Positions 1-8,020 of a stretch of 35,836 nt of DNA are shown in pieces. A program made the translations under genes and the position numbers. The notes beneath the pieces were generated by a model that was not told where the DNA came from, did no database searches, and saw only the letters and a program-made list of their open reading frames with translations. The DNA is from Chloroflexota bacterium (lineage in GTDB: Bacteria > Chloroflexota > UBA6077). Positions within the stretch are counted from its first letter, which is position 1; every line of letters begins with the position of its first letter. Location of the stretch: NCBI GenBank assembly GCA_027372455.1, contig DAHXJB010000282.1, forward strand, positions 1 through 35,836, given 5' to 3'.

Positions 1-407
1 GGGTAGTTGTACCACTTGTCCCATACCGAGGAACCGAAAAACCCGGTGACTACCGGCACCTCCAGGGCCGCGGCCGCCTGCGCCACCAGCTTGATCCGCT
101 CCGAGCCGTACCGGACCCGTTCATCGGCACCTTGGACCGGGGTCCAGCCGTCCACGGTCCAATCGTGGGGTCCAAGTACCAGTTGTCCCTCCCGTCCGTC
201 GCTCAGGGCAGAGATCTCCAGGCCGTAGCCCCTCACAAGTCGCAGAAGACTTCTCCCGCCATCGGCTAGCACAGCTTCCACGTTCAGGTGGGGGTTTCCC
301 TTCCATGCCGGTAGCTCCACCATCTCATAGCCGAGCCCGGCCACGAACCGGAGCACATCCTCGAGCGGCTTGTCTTGAAACAGCGCCGTAAAGATGCCCA
401 GCTTCAT
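1..407 (-). CDS. Sugar phosphate isomerase/epimerase (xylose-isomerase-like TIM barrel), C-terminal part cut by window edge
   Basis: Absent from the ORF track because it runs off the window. My minus-strand translation from the ATG at 405-407 reads MKLGIFTALFQDKPLEDVLRFVAGLGYEMVELPAWKGNPHLNVEAVLADGG...RIKLVAQAAAALEVPVVTGFFGSS. The N-terminal pattern is typical of this TIM-barrel family, which is commonly paired with a Gfo/Idh/MocA oxidoreductase. Confidence 0.6.
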   Translation of the reverse strand, partial: MKLGIFTALFQDKPLEDVLRFVAGLGYEMVELPAWKGNPHLNVEAVLADGGRSLLRLVRGYGLEISALSDGREGQLVLGPHDWTVDGWTPVQGADERVRYGSERIKLVAQAAAALEVPVVTGFFGSSVWDKWYNY

Positions 408-454
408 TGGTCCTCTTTCCCCCTCTCCCTGCCCTACGAGTTTTTATCGTCGCC

Positions 455-1639
455 TTACAGCCCTGGCCCGTAGTCGATGCTCACCCTGGAGCCCGTTTCC
501 GCCGAGGCAAGGATGGCGTCGCAGATCACAGCCGCTCGATAGCCATCCTCGAAGGTGGCCCCGTATGGGGCGACCTCCCCGTTCCCGGCGATCGCTTCCA
601 ACAGGTGGGCCATCTCGTGGACGAAGGTATGGTCCCAACCCAGGGGATGCCGCGGCCACCACCGAGCGGCGAATGGATGGTTGGCGCTGTTCACGTGAAT
701 GGTGCGATAGCCCGCCAAACCAGCCTTCTCGTCCTCTCTGAGGTAGAGCTGCAACTCGTTCAGCCGCTCCAGGTTGAACTGCAGGCTCCCTTCCGAGCCA
801 TTGATCTCGAATTCCATCCGGTTCTGACTCCCGGGGCACATCTTTGAGCCCTCCAGCATCCCGGTGGCGCCGTTTTCAAAGAGCAACATCGCCTGGAAAG
901 CGTCGTCGGTGGTCACGGGGGCCGTTCGAGAGGGATCGCCGGTCAGCGGTCTCTCGGCGATGAAGGTCGAGGTGGCACCGGCGACGGAGGCAGGCTCTCC
1001 AACCAGAAAACGGGCAAGGTCGACGATGTGGGAACCCAGATCGCCGATCGCCCCGGAGCCCGCCACGTCCCGGTCCATTCGCCAGGCCATTGGGAAGGAA
1101 GGATCCACAAAGGCGGTGTTCTGGTAGCGCGCTCGGAAGTGGTAGATCCTCCCCAGCCTGCCCTCCTCCATGATCTGCCTGGCCAGCCGAATGGCGGGCA
1201 CGAACCGATAGTTGAACCCGCACATGTGCTTGACCCCCGCGGCGCGCACCGCCTCCAGCATTCGGCGAGCCTCGGTGGCATTGCGTCCCAATGGCTTCTC
1301 GCAGAGGACGTGCTTCCCCGCTCTGGCCGCGGCTATGCATGGCTCCTCGTGGAGGCCGTTGGGACCGGTGTCGTCAAACAGATCGATTCGCTCGTCGGCG
1401 ATCAATTGCTCCCAGTCCTGGTACCAGGAGGAATAGCCGAACCGTCTGGCAAAATCGGTTCCCTTCTCTTCGGACCGAGAGGACACCCCCACCAGCCGCG
1501 GCTCCAGGGGCAGCGGCGAGAAGAATTGGGGGAGGCGGCGGAAGGCGCTGCTGTGGGCGCGCCCCATCGAGCCGTAGCCGAGGAGCCCTATCCCCAGAAT
1601 GCCCTTGCGGGAATCGCGGTCGCGACCAATAGATTCCAA
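455..1639 (-). CDS. Gfo/Idh/MocA family NAD(P)-dependent oxidoreductase
   Basis: 394-aa ORF. N-terminal Rossmann motif IGLLGYGSMGRAHSSAF, followed by EKPL. TTG start is preceded by AAAGGAG at 7-nt spacing. Confidence 0.85.
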   Translation of the reverse strand: MESIGRDRDSRKGILGIGLLGYGSMGRAHSSAFRRLPQFFSPLPLEPRLVGVSSRSEEKGTDFARRFGYSSWYQDWEQLIADERIDLFDDTGPNGLHEEPCIAAARAGKHVLCEKPLGRNATEARRMLEAVRAAGVKHMCGFNYRFVPAIRLARQIMEEGRLGRIYHFRARYQNTAFVDPSFPMAWRMDRDVAGSGAIGDLGSHIVDLARFLVGEPASVAGATSTFIAERPLTGDPSRTAPVTTDDAFQAMLLFENGATGMLEGSKMCPGSQNRMEFEINGSEGSLQFNLERLNELQLYLREDEKAGLAGYRTIHVNSANHPFAARWWPRHPLGWDHTFVHEMAHLLEAIAGNGEVAPYGATFEDGYRAAVICDAILASAETGSRVSIDYGPGL

Positions 1640-1726
1640 ATGTGAGCTCCTTTTGATCGAGATCAGGGATCGCTCGGTGATCGCTGGGTGTTGGAGTACG
1701 CGAACGCGGCGAACCGTGCGGAACGC

Positions 1727-1754
1727 ATTGTCGCTACTTTGTGGAGGATGTCAA
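1727..1754 (-). promoter_or_regulatory. Candidate sigma70-type promoter for the oxidoreductase gene (TTGACA-16-GACAAT)
   Basis: Minus strand has TTGACA (1749-1754), a 16-nt spacer, then GACAAT (1727-1732), about 80 nt upstream of the TTG start. Confidence 0.35.
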
Positions 1755-1812
1755 GAGGCTGGCTCAACGGGCAGACTCGAATACGAAAGGGGCCGGGAGG
1801 AGGATCGAAACG

Positions 1813-2235
1813 CTAGCCCGCAGCCCACCTTCCGCTGCTTCCGAACAGCCGGGCGAAATCCCCGTCGAAATGCTGGAGGAACTGGTGCATCTCCAGAACG
1901 TCGTCCGGCGTCACAGGATCGGAGAGAGTGGGCGCCTCGATCTCAGGATGGGCTTCCTCCTCAAGGGAAGAAACCTTGCCGGGTACGGAAATTCTGGTGA
2001 AGGTGGCGGAGGTGGCGGAGGTCTGACCGTCGCTCTTCAGGAGGGCAGCCACCAGACCCTGAGTATGGCAACGGTCGCATGTGACCGTGAGAAACCACAA
2101 CTCATCCTTGTGGCCAAGGACCTTGATCCTGTCGGGCTCGTAGGTGGAGCCGCAGACGTTACACTTGACGGCTGCCATCAGCCTCCTGACCATCTGCTCC
2201 GGCCGCTCCTGCTCCACACCGATAACCCCGTTCAC
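1813..2235 (-). CDS. Hypothetical Zn-ribbon protein (CxxC...CxxC), translationally coupled to the upstream nuclease gene
   Basis: 140-aa ORF. Its GTG start overlaps the stop of the upstream gene (GTGA). Contains CNVCGSTYEPDRIKVLGHKDELWFLTVTCDRCH. I recognise no family. Confidence 0.5.
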   Translation of the reverse strand: MNGVIGVEQERPEQMVRRLMAAVKCNVCGSTYEPDRIKVLGHKDELWFLTVTCDRCHTQGLVAALLKSDGQTSATSATFTRISVPGKVSSLEEEAHPEIEAPTLSDPVTPDDVLEMHQFLQHFDGDFARLFGSSGRWAAG

Positions 2236-2801
2236 TTCGGCTCGGAAGGACCTTCCTTACCCTTGCCGAGATCGTCCATATCCAGGGTCTCAATAAACTG
2301 TCGGAAGATGGAGAGCCTCTCGTCATCTATGCCGGGGCCTGACTCCACCTCAGCTTCCCCCTCCAAGAGGGTTTGTTCCTGTTCACCTTCCTCACCCTCC
2401 GTGTCCAGTTTCATCCCCGCCTGATCCAGGACCGACTCGGCGACGTAGATGGGAACTCCGAGTCGAACGGCCAGGGCTATGGCGTCGCTGGGACGCGAAT
2501 CGATCTCCAGGTGGCGCCCATCTGCGTCCAGCACCAGCTTGGCGAAGAAGGTATCATCGGCCAGATCGTTGATGACGACACTCACAACCTGTGCGCCGAG
2601 GGCAGAGATGACCGACCGCAACAGATCGTGGGTCAGGGGACGGCTAACCTGCACATTCTGCAAAGGGATAGCGATGGCGTCGGCCTCAAAATGGCCAATC
2701 CAGATCGGAAGGTAGCGTCCATCTTGCTTTTCCTTGAGCATGACCACCCGTTTGTAGTTGGCCATGTTCACACGGATGCTCTCAACGAAAACCTCGATCA
2801 C
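2232..2801 (-). CDS. Bifunctional nuclease family protein (BFN/DUF151)
   Basis: 189 aa with RYLPIWIGHFEADAIAIPLQNVQVSRPLTHDLL and IDSRPSDAIALAVRLGVPIYV, the hallmark blocks of the family. GTG start is preceded by AAAGGAGA. Confidence 0.8.
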   Translation of the reverse strand: MIEVFVESIRVNMANYKRVVMLKEKQDGRYLPIWIGHFEADAIAIPLQNVQVSRPLTHDLLRSVISALGAQVVSVVINDLADDTFFAKLVLDADGRHLEIDSRPSDAIALAVRLGVPIYVAESVLDQAGMKLDTEGEEGEQEQTLLEGEAEVESGPGIDDERLSIFRQFIETLDMDDLGKGKEGPSEPK

Positions 2802-2899
2802 GCCTCTGTCTCCTTTGCCGCTTGTGCGGTTCCCAGGGAGAGATGAACAGGAGATAGCTGAAGTAGTACAGCCAGTACTATTGATATCTCCTGTTGTTC

Positions 2900-2928
2900 A
2901 TTCTACACCGTCACCCCCAATTTCGCAA
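2900..2928 (-). promoter_or_regulatory. Candidate promoter for the nuclease operon (TTGCGA-17-TAGAAT)
   Basis: Minus strand has TTGCGA (2923-2928), a 17-nt spacer, then TAGAAT (2900-2905). It abuts the 2846-2895 inverted repeat. Confidence 0.4.
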
Positions 2929-3005
2929 AACCGAAGGGGCCCTAACCAGGGCCTTCTAGTCTTCCCATGCCAAAGCCACAAAGTGCGCCGCCGAGGCCAC
3001 GGCCG

Positions 3006-3147
3006 TGTCATGCTGAGCATCAGCGAAGCATCTCGTCGCGACTGGAGAGATCCTTCGCTGTCGCTTTCAATGACATCGAGTCCGAGCCGATGTCATTCCA
3101 GGTATCTGGCGGCATCCCGCTGCCGCCTGCCTTGGCTCAGGATGACA
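3006..3147. other. 142-nt compound palindromic element with cloverleaf topology (possible structured RNA or REP/MITE-like repeat)
   Basis: Closing stem 3006-3018/3135-3147 pairs 12/13. Three internal hairpins: 3021-3034/3047-3060 (13/14), 3069-3078/3088-3097 (10/10) and 3108-3114/3121-3127 (7/7). It is intergenic, between the Tat-family gene and the nuclease operon. Confidence 0.45.
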
Positions 3148-3260
3148 ACTAAGAGGCCCTGGGGCCGTAACATTTCCGAAGGTAGTGCACGAACGGTGCC
3201 ATTTTCGGCCAAGCAAGATCAACGGCCGATCCAGGGATGGGTCCCCCAAGGACAGAGGGC

Positions 3261-3782
3261 TCAGACCCCCGCTGCCTCCGGCTGGTCGGATGCCGCCACC
3301 ACTTCCACCGTCTCCGGCTGCTCGGATACTGCCACAACCCCCGGTGCCGCGGCTGTGGCCTTGGTGGCCCTGAGCTTTCGGATCCTTTGAGCCGGGGTGG
3401 TGGTCTCTGTGAGCGCGGCGGCCCTCTTCATCCTTCGAAACCGCTTCCGGGCGATCACGGCCGGACGCATCGAATAGCCGTTGCGAGGGATCACGGTTTC
3501 AGAACTCGGAGCCTCCTCCACGACCGGAGTGGCCATCGGGCGAGCTTCTTCTGCCACAGCCGGTGAAGTGCTCTGACCTTGTGGCTGGTCAGGTTGGATC
3601 AGCGCATCCAAAGTGAGCTCTCGATTGAACTCCTGGGTTATGCTGTCGGTGGCTCTGCGGAACTCGCGGATCGCCCTGCCGAGACCCTGGCCGATCTCGG
3701 GCAGCTTGCCCGGACCGAAAACGATGAGGGCCAGGACCATGACCAGCAGCAGCTCACCGGGACCCATTCCAAGGAAATTCAT
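3261..3782 (-). CDS. Sec-independent translocase subunit, TatA/TatB family (TatB-like length)
   Basis: 173 aa starting [44 protein letters not shown]. This gives an N-terminal TM helix, the FGPxKLP hinge and an amphipathic helix, followed by a long low-complexity tail. Confidence 0.8.
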   Translation of the reverse strand: MNFLGMGPGELLLVMVLALIVFGPGKLPEIGQGLGRAIREFRRATDSITQEFNRELTLDALIQPDQPQGQSTSPAVAEEARPMATPVVEEAPSSETVIPRNGYSMRPAVIARKRFRRMKRAAALTETTTPAQRIRKLRATKATAAAPGVVAVSEQPETVEVVAASDQPEAAGV

Positions 3783-3918
3783 GAGATCATCCTTTCCCGC
3801 GCCAATAGTTTCCAGAGGATAACCAGAGCGAAAAGCGATTACTACGTACGCGGATTATAACTCCGGCCAGGGGGATGCACCAGTGCAACGGCAAGAGGGG
3901 ATGCGAATCGAGGTCCCG

Positions 3919-5136
3919 TCACCTCTCCATTGGGATAACTGTACCCTGCTCGATGTGAAACAGATCCGCACGGGCCAGAAACTCGGGTGAAAAGGGATCC
4001 AGGTCGGTAGCGGTGATCAGCGTTTGGCCGGAGCTATCGATGGTCTCCAGCAGCAGACGGCGGCGCGCCTGATCCAGCTCAGACATAACGTCGTCCAGCA
4101 GCAGGATTGGCTGCTCTCCGGTGGCAGCACGCATGTACTCCGTCTCGGACAGCTTGAGCGCCAGGGCCACCGCCCGCTGTTCCCCCCTTGAGCCATACAC
4201 GTTCATGTCGATCCCGTCCGCCAGGAACAACAGTTCGTCCCTGTGTGGGCCCACGAGCGACATCCCCTGCAGCGTCTCGCGTCTACGAAATCCACGGAGT
4301 GCCTCTCGGAACAGCCCCGCCTGCCGCTCCACCTCTTCCTCCAGTGCCGCTGTTGCGTCCAGTGCCCCTGCTGCGGCTGCCGCAACGCTTGAGCGGTAGC
4401 TCAAGGTCAGCCGTTTTCCGCTGCCGGTGAGACGACGATGGTATTCATCAACCCGAGCCTTCAGCCGCTGCACGGTGCGGAGACGGCAAGCCAGCAGGTA
4501 CGACCCGCTCTTGACCATCTCCTCGTTCCAGAACTCCAGGGTTTCGGCCGGCTCACGACCCTCCCGGATCTGCTTGAGCAGATGGTTTCGCTGGGTCAGC
4601 ACCCGATTGTAATGCTGCAGCGCCCGACAGTAGCGTGGGTCCACCTGGCAGTTGGCAATGTCGAGAAAACGGCGGCGCAGGGCCGGCGCGCCGGCGATCA
4701 GCTCGAGATCCTGCGGGGAGAAAGTCACCACGTTGATCAGCCCGATCAGGTCCAGAGCCCGTTTGATCACCCCGTTGACCTTGATCCGCTTTGAGAGCCC
4801 ACCCGGGACGGTCCCGCCGTCGGTCAACACCCCGGATCCTCTCTCCGCCCGATCGGCGCGGATGACGACCTCCACCTTCAGATCGCCGCTTGCCCGGCGG
4901 ACGGTGCCCGCCACGCGAGCAAAGGGGATCGGCTCCTCGGCAGCCCCCCAGTGGATCAACTCCCGATCGGAACCGGCTCGGAGTGGGCGAGTTGTGGCCA
5001 GAAAGTAGACGGCCTCAAGCAGGTTGCTCTTGCCCTGGCCGTTATCCCCTTGGAACAGGACCAGAGGACCGGGCAACTCCAGCTCTAGCTGGCGATAGTT
5101 GCGGAAGTTAGCGAGGGAGAGGTGATGTAGAAACAC
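3919..5136 (-). CDS. recF: DNA replication/repair protein RecF
   Basis: 405 aa with LANFRNY...LFQGDNGQGKSNLLEA (Walker A) and a C-terminal LLLDDVMSELD. It lies directly downstream of dnaN. Confidence 0.9.
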   Translation of the reverse strand: MFLHHLSLANFRNYRQLELELPGPLVLFQGDNGQGKSNLLEAVYFLATTRPLRAGSDRELIHWGAAEEPIPFARVAGTVRRASGDLKVEVVIRADRAERGSGVLTDGGTVPGGLSKRIKVNGVIKRALDLIGLINVVTFSPQDLELIAGAPALRRRFLDIANCQVDPRYCRALQHYNRVLTQRNHLLKQIREGREPAETLEFWNEEMVKSGSYLLACRLRTVQRLKARVDEYHRRLTGSGKRLTLSYRSSVAAAAAGALDATAALEEEVERQAGLFREALRGFRRRETLQGMSLVGPHRDELLFLADGIDMNVYGSRGEQRAVALALKLSETEYMRAATGEQPILLLDDVMSELDQARRRLLLETIDSSGQTLITATDLDPFSPEFLARADLFHIEQGTVIPMER

Positions 5137-5151
5137 TCACCCTGCACTTCT

Positions 5152-6291
5152 TTATCGGTTCGTATGCATCGGCATGATGATATGCAGGTATTCTTCGTCC
5201 CCAACCGGCCGGAAGGTGCCCGGGCTGGAGGAGGAGCCAACATCGAGAGACAGCTGAGAACTCTTCTCCAGTGCCTTCAGCAACTCGTCCAGGTAGCGGC
5301 TGTTGAAAGCGATCTGAGGGGGTTGGCCGACTATGGCAGCGTCGATCTCGCCCATGTTGTCGCCTACCTCAGCGCTGGTGGCAGAGAGGATCAGCTTGCC
5401 AGCAGTCATCCCCTCCTCCCCAGGGGTGAACTGTAGCCTCACGATGTTGGAGTTATCCCGGGCGAAAATGGCAGCGGTGCGGTTGGCGTTCAGGAACTCG
5501 CCGGTGCTCACGACCACCTTGTTGGGGCTGGGCGCTGGAATTATCCTCTCGTACGGTGGGAACTGACCTTCGATCAATCGGGACACGAGCTCCACGTTGC
5601 CCAGCCTGAACAGCACCTGGTTGCGGTTCGGCGTGATGGAGACCTCGACCGACTCCTCGCTATCGGCCACGATTCGGCCCAGCTCCCGGAGGGCTCGTGC
5701 CGGGACGATAATGCTCACCTCCTGCTCGACAGGAGCGCCCAGTGGCGAACTCTTGACCGCCATCCGGAAACCGTCGGCGGCTACCAGCGTCATGATGTTA
5801 TCCTTGAAGGTAACCAGCACTCCCGTGAGGACGGGCCGGCTGTCGTCGGTGGCGGCAGCAAAGACCACCTGAGCGATGCTGTCATGAAGCGTTACCGCGT
5901 CGATGAGGATCCTGAAACCATCGCCCGTGGAGGGAAGGGTGGGAAACTCCTCGGCATCGATCCCCCTGATGTTGGCCTCAAACCGGGCGCATCGCAGGTT
6001 GACCGTCCGGGTGCGCTGGGAGAGAGAGAGGTCGATCCGATCGTTGGGCAGGGAGCGGACGAACTCGGCCAGAAGGTTGGCGGGAACGGTGATCGCCCCC
6101 TCTTCCTCAACCTTGGCTCCGATCCAGCAGCTTATAGCCACCTCGAGGTTCGTCGCTGCCAACTTGAGACGCCCTTGATCTGTAGACAGCAGGACGTTGC
6201 TGAGAGCAGGCAGAGTACTCTTGGCAGGAACGGCCCTGCTGACAGTGTTCAGTCCTCTATCGAGGTTCTCTTGAAGACAAGAGAGCTTCAC
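5152..6291 (-). CDS. dnaN: DNA polymerase III beta sliding clamp
   Basis: The track ORF extends to 6480, but homology starts at V-KLSCLQENLDRGLNTVSRAV. The GTG at 6289-6291 gives 379 aa, the typical clamp length, with GGAGG 9 nt upstream. Confidence 0.88.
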   Translation of the reverse strand: MKLSCLQENLDRGLNTVSRAVPAKSTLPALSNVLLSTDQGRLKLAATNLEVAISCWIGAKVEEEGAITVPANLLAEFVRSLPNDRIDLSLSQRTRTVNLRCARFEANIRGIDAEEFPTLPSTGDGFRILIDAVTLHDSIAQVVFAAATDDSRPVLTGVLVTFKDNIMTLVAADGFRMAVKSSPLGAPVEQEVSIIVPARALRELGRIVADSEESVEVSITPNRNQVLFRLGNVELVSRLIEGQFPPYERIIPAPSPNKVVVSTGEFLNANRTAAIFARDNSNIVRLQFTPGEEGMTAGKLILSATSAEVGDNMGEIDAAIVGQPPQIAFNSRYLDELLKALEKSSQLSLDVGSSSSPGTFRPVGDEEYLHIIMPMHTNR

Positions 6292-6333
6292 CCGGCCCCA
6301 CCTCCCATAGTTGTACGGCGCAATGGCGGCAGA

Positions 6334-6362
6334 AGTATACCTCAGCCCCCCACCAGCATCAA
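6334..6362 (-). promoter_or_regulatory. Candidate dnaN promoter (TTGATG-17-TATACT)
   Basis: Minus strand has TTGATG (6357-6362), a 17-nt spacer, then TATACT (6334-6339). It sits between the dnaN start and the IS left end. Confidence 0.4.
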
Positions 6363-6404
6363 GGGCAGCCCCATTCGGGGCTCTCGACGGTCGTCCACAG
6401 CTAT

Positions 6405-6412
6405 TGGGCGCT
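6405..6412. repeat. Left copy of the 8-bp target-site duplication TGGGCGCT
   Basis: The identical octamer recurs at 7934-7941, and both copies lie immediately outside the terminal inverted repeats. Confidence 0.65.
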
Positions 6413-7933
6413 GACTCGGCTCCAAAGAGTGTTGATGAGTTGGAGGTGGGGGAGGTAGCGTCAAGGAACGGGCTCTGCAACCTCCTGGGTTAGGAAGAAC
6501 CGGGAGGTCACAGAGCCCATGAACATTATCGAGCGCGGCAAGGCTTTCGTCCAGCACCTGCGGGAGTTGGCCAACCGGTCGGCGTGGGACTGGCGGCGCT
6601 GCCCCCGTTGTGGGAGCACAGAGACCAGCAAGAACGGTGGGCGCAAGGTGCATCCCTGGACGTTTGAGGGGCGGCAGGAGGTCCGCATCCAGCGCCACTG
6701 GTGCTACGGATGCCGCCACAGCTACTCGGAGGAGCCGGCCTTCCTGGTGCGGGGGAGTTGGTATGCCAGGGAGGTGCACCGCTTCGCCGTGGACCACTGG
6801 CAGCATGTGGGCAGTTCGTTGCGACGGACGGTGGAGATAGTGCGCTCTATCTTGGGCAAACAGGAGCGATGGCAGATCTGGCGGATCTTCTCGACGGAGC
6901 CGGAAGACAAGGAGAGGTGCCATCTGAGCCATAGCACCCTCCACCGGTGGCTGGACAAGGCCGGTACCCAGGCCAGGAAGACGGTGCCGGGGCAGTTGGA
7001 GGGAGTAGCGACTTCTGGGCAGGTGGGGACCGACGGGTTGTGGGCGCGGCTACTCAAGCGGGAGAAGAAGGTGGTACTGGCCCTGGTCGATATGGTGACT
7101 GGGGTGATCTGGCCACCGGTGGTGGTGAACGAGGAAGATAGCGAGCTCTCCTGGGGCCGGGTGTTTCGGCGAGCGAGGCTGGCTGGGTTGGACCCGGACC
7201 AGTTGCAGGGGGTGGTCAGCGACGGGGCCAAGGGGTTGATCGGTTACCTGGGACGGGTGCTCGGTTGGGTGAATCACCAGCGGTGCCAGTTCCACATATG
7301 GCGGAACCTGAGCTCGGAGTTGGCCTCTCGGGTGAACGAAGCGGCGAGGGGGTTGTCGGGGGCGGCGGCCAAGGCGGCCAAGAAGAAGATACGGGCGAAG
7401 TTGGCCGCCCTGGTCAGGGGGGTGTTGGATGCTCCTAGCTATGGGGAAGCGGAGGCGGCGCTGGCGAAGCTGAAGGCGCATCAGCTTGGGGGGAAGCTGG
7501 CGACACTTCTGGAAGAGCATCTGGATGCGGCGATGGTCTATCTCTTGGACTTCAACCGAGGGTTGGTGCGGGTCAGTCCCGAGTGGTACTGGCGGGACTT
7601 CCGCCTCAGACTGAGCCGAGGGCGGAACCACAGGTCGGACGAGCGGCTGGAGCGTGCGGCCTGTCTGTGGGCGATCTACCGGGACTTCGAGCCAGCCCAA
7701 AGGAGGAGCGAGCGCAAGAGACGCTATCGGCACCCGGGCATGAGCCCCCTTGCCGTTGCGGGTGCCCCACCAGGAGAGATCAGCTACCTGGACGCCCTGG
7801 CCGTCTAAAGAACGGCCCAGGGCAGGGCCGAAGCTGCCCCAAAAGGGGCAGCCAGGGAGACATACCTTCCCGACCGCCGACCAACCAGCATCAACACTGC
7901 GCCAAACTCGCCAACACAGCATGGAACCGAGTC
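6413..7933 (+). mobile_element. Intact insertion sequence (1521 bp), IS256/Mutator-superfamily-like
   Basis: Terminal IRs are GACTCGGCTCC (6413-6423) and the reverse complement of 7923-7933, GACTCGGTTCC (10/11). They extend imperfectly to about 32 bp (6413-6443 vs 7902-7933, about 24/32). A subterminal GTGTTG..GAGTTGG motif lies 15 nt from each end, with an extra copy at 7881-7898. The element is flanked by 8-bp direct repeats and carries a single transposase ORF. Confidence 0.75.
6519..7808 (+). CDS. DDE transposase (IS256/Mutator-like, N-terminal Zn-ribbon)
   Basis: 429 aa. N-terminal CPRCGS...CYGC zinc ribbon. Candidate DDE blocks are VGTDGLW and VVSDGAKGL. HQRCQFHIWRN resembles the IS256-family QRCxxHxxRN signature. 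SPEWYWRDFRLRLSRGRNHRSDE resembles the E-containing C-terminal block. Confidence 0.8.
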   Translation: MNIIERGKAFVQHLRELANRSAWDWRRCPRCGSTETSKNGGRKVHPWTFEGRQEVRIQRHWCYGCRHSYSEEPAFLVRGSWYAREVHRFAVDHWQHVGSSLRRTVEIVRSILGKQERWQIWRIFSTEPEDKERCHLSHSTLHRWLDKAGTQARKTVPGQLEGVATSGQVGTDGLWARLLKREKKVVLALVDMVTGVIWPPVVVNEEDSELSWGRVFRRARLAGLDPDQLQGVVSDGAKGLIGYLGRVLGWVNHQRCQFHIWRNLSSELASRVNEAARGLSGAAAKAAKKKIRAKLAALVRGVLDAPSYGEAEAALAKLKAHQLGGKLATLLEEHLDAAMVYLLDFNRGLVRVSPEWYWRDFRLRLSRGRNHRSDERLERAACLWAIYRDFEPAQRRSERKRRYRHPGMSPLAVAGAPPGEISYLDALAV

Positions 7934-7941
7934 TGGGCGCT
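7934..7941. repeat. Right copy of the 8-bp target-site duplication TGGGCGCT
   Basis: Identical to 6405-6412 and directly abuts the right IR. Confidence 0.65.
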
Positions 7942-7968
7942 CAGTTCGTACCGGCTTGGGGCAACCTC

Positions 7969-7977
7969 TGGTATAAT
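7969..7977 (+). promoter_or_regulatory. Candidate extended -10 promoter for rplI-dnaB operon (TGgTATAAT)
   Basis: Perfect TGnTATAAT 44 nt upstream of the rplI ATG, just outside the IS right end. Confidence 0.5.
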
Positions 7978-8020
7978 CCCCTCACAAGGTTGGTGAAGTT
8001 GCATCCCAAGGAGAAACCCC

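Noticed and set aside
2967-3152. 61-aa ORF (MPKPQSAPPRPRPCHAEHQRSISS...LAQDDN)
   Set aside because: It coincides exactly with the palindromic cloverleaf element. Its reading frame is a by-product of the inverted repeats, and it has no SD.
6292-6480. 63-codon N-terminal extension of dnaN given by the ORF track (start at 6480)
   Set aside because: The extension (MQSPFLDATSPTSNSS...) has no clamp homology and runs into the IS left end and target duplication. The clamp sequence begins at the GTG at 6291, which has an SD and gives the canonical ~380-aa length.
7050-7922. Long antisense or alternative-frame ORFs such as 7050-7922(-), 10094-10840(-), 25836-26681(-), 29481-30170(-), 32226-33167(+), 8104-8802(-) and 22373-23050(-)
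   Set aside because: All lie inside well-supported genes on the other strand or frame. They are Arg/Pro/Gly/Ala-rich, as expected for stop-poor shadow frames in high-GC DNA, and carry no recognisable motifs.
6292-8020. Possible oriC with DnaA boxes in the dnaN/rplI divergent region
   Set aside because: I found no TTATCCACA/TGTGGATAA box there, perfect or with one mismatch, and no AT-rich unwinding element. The only near box I noticed (GTGGATAAC, about 8518) is single and lies inside dnaB. dnaA itself is not in the window.
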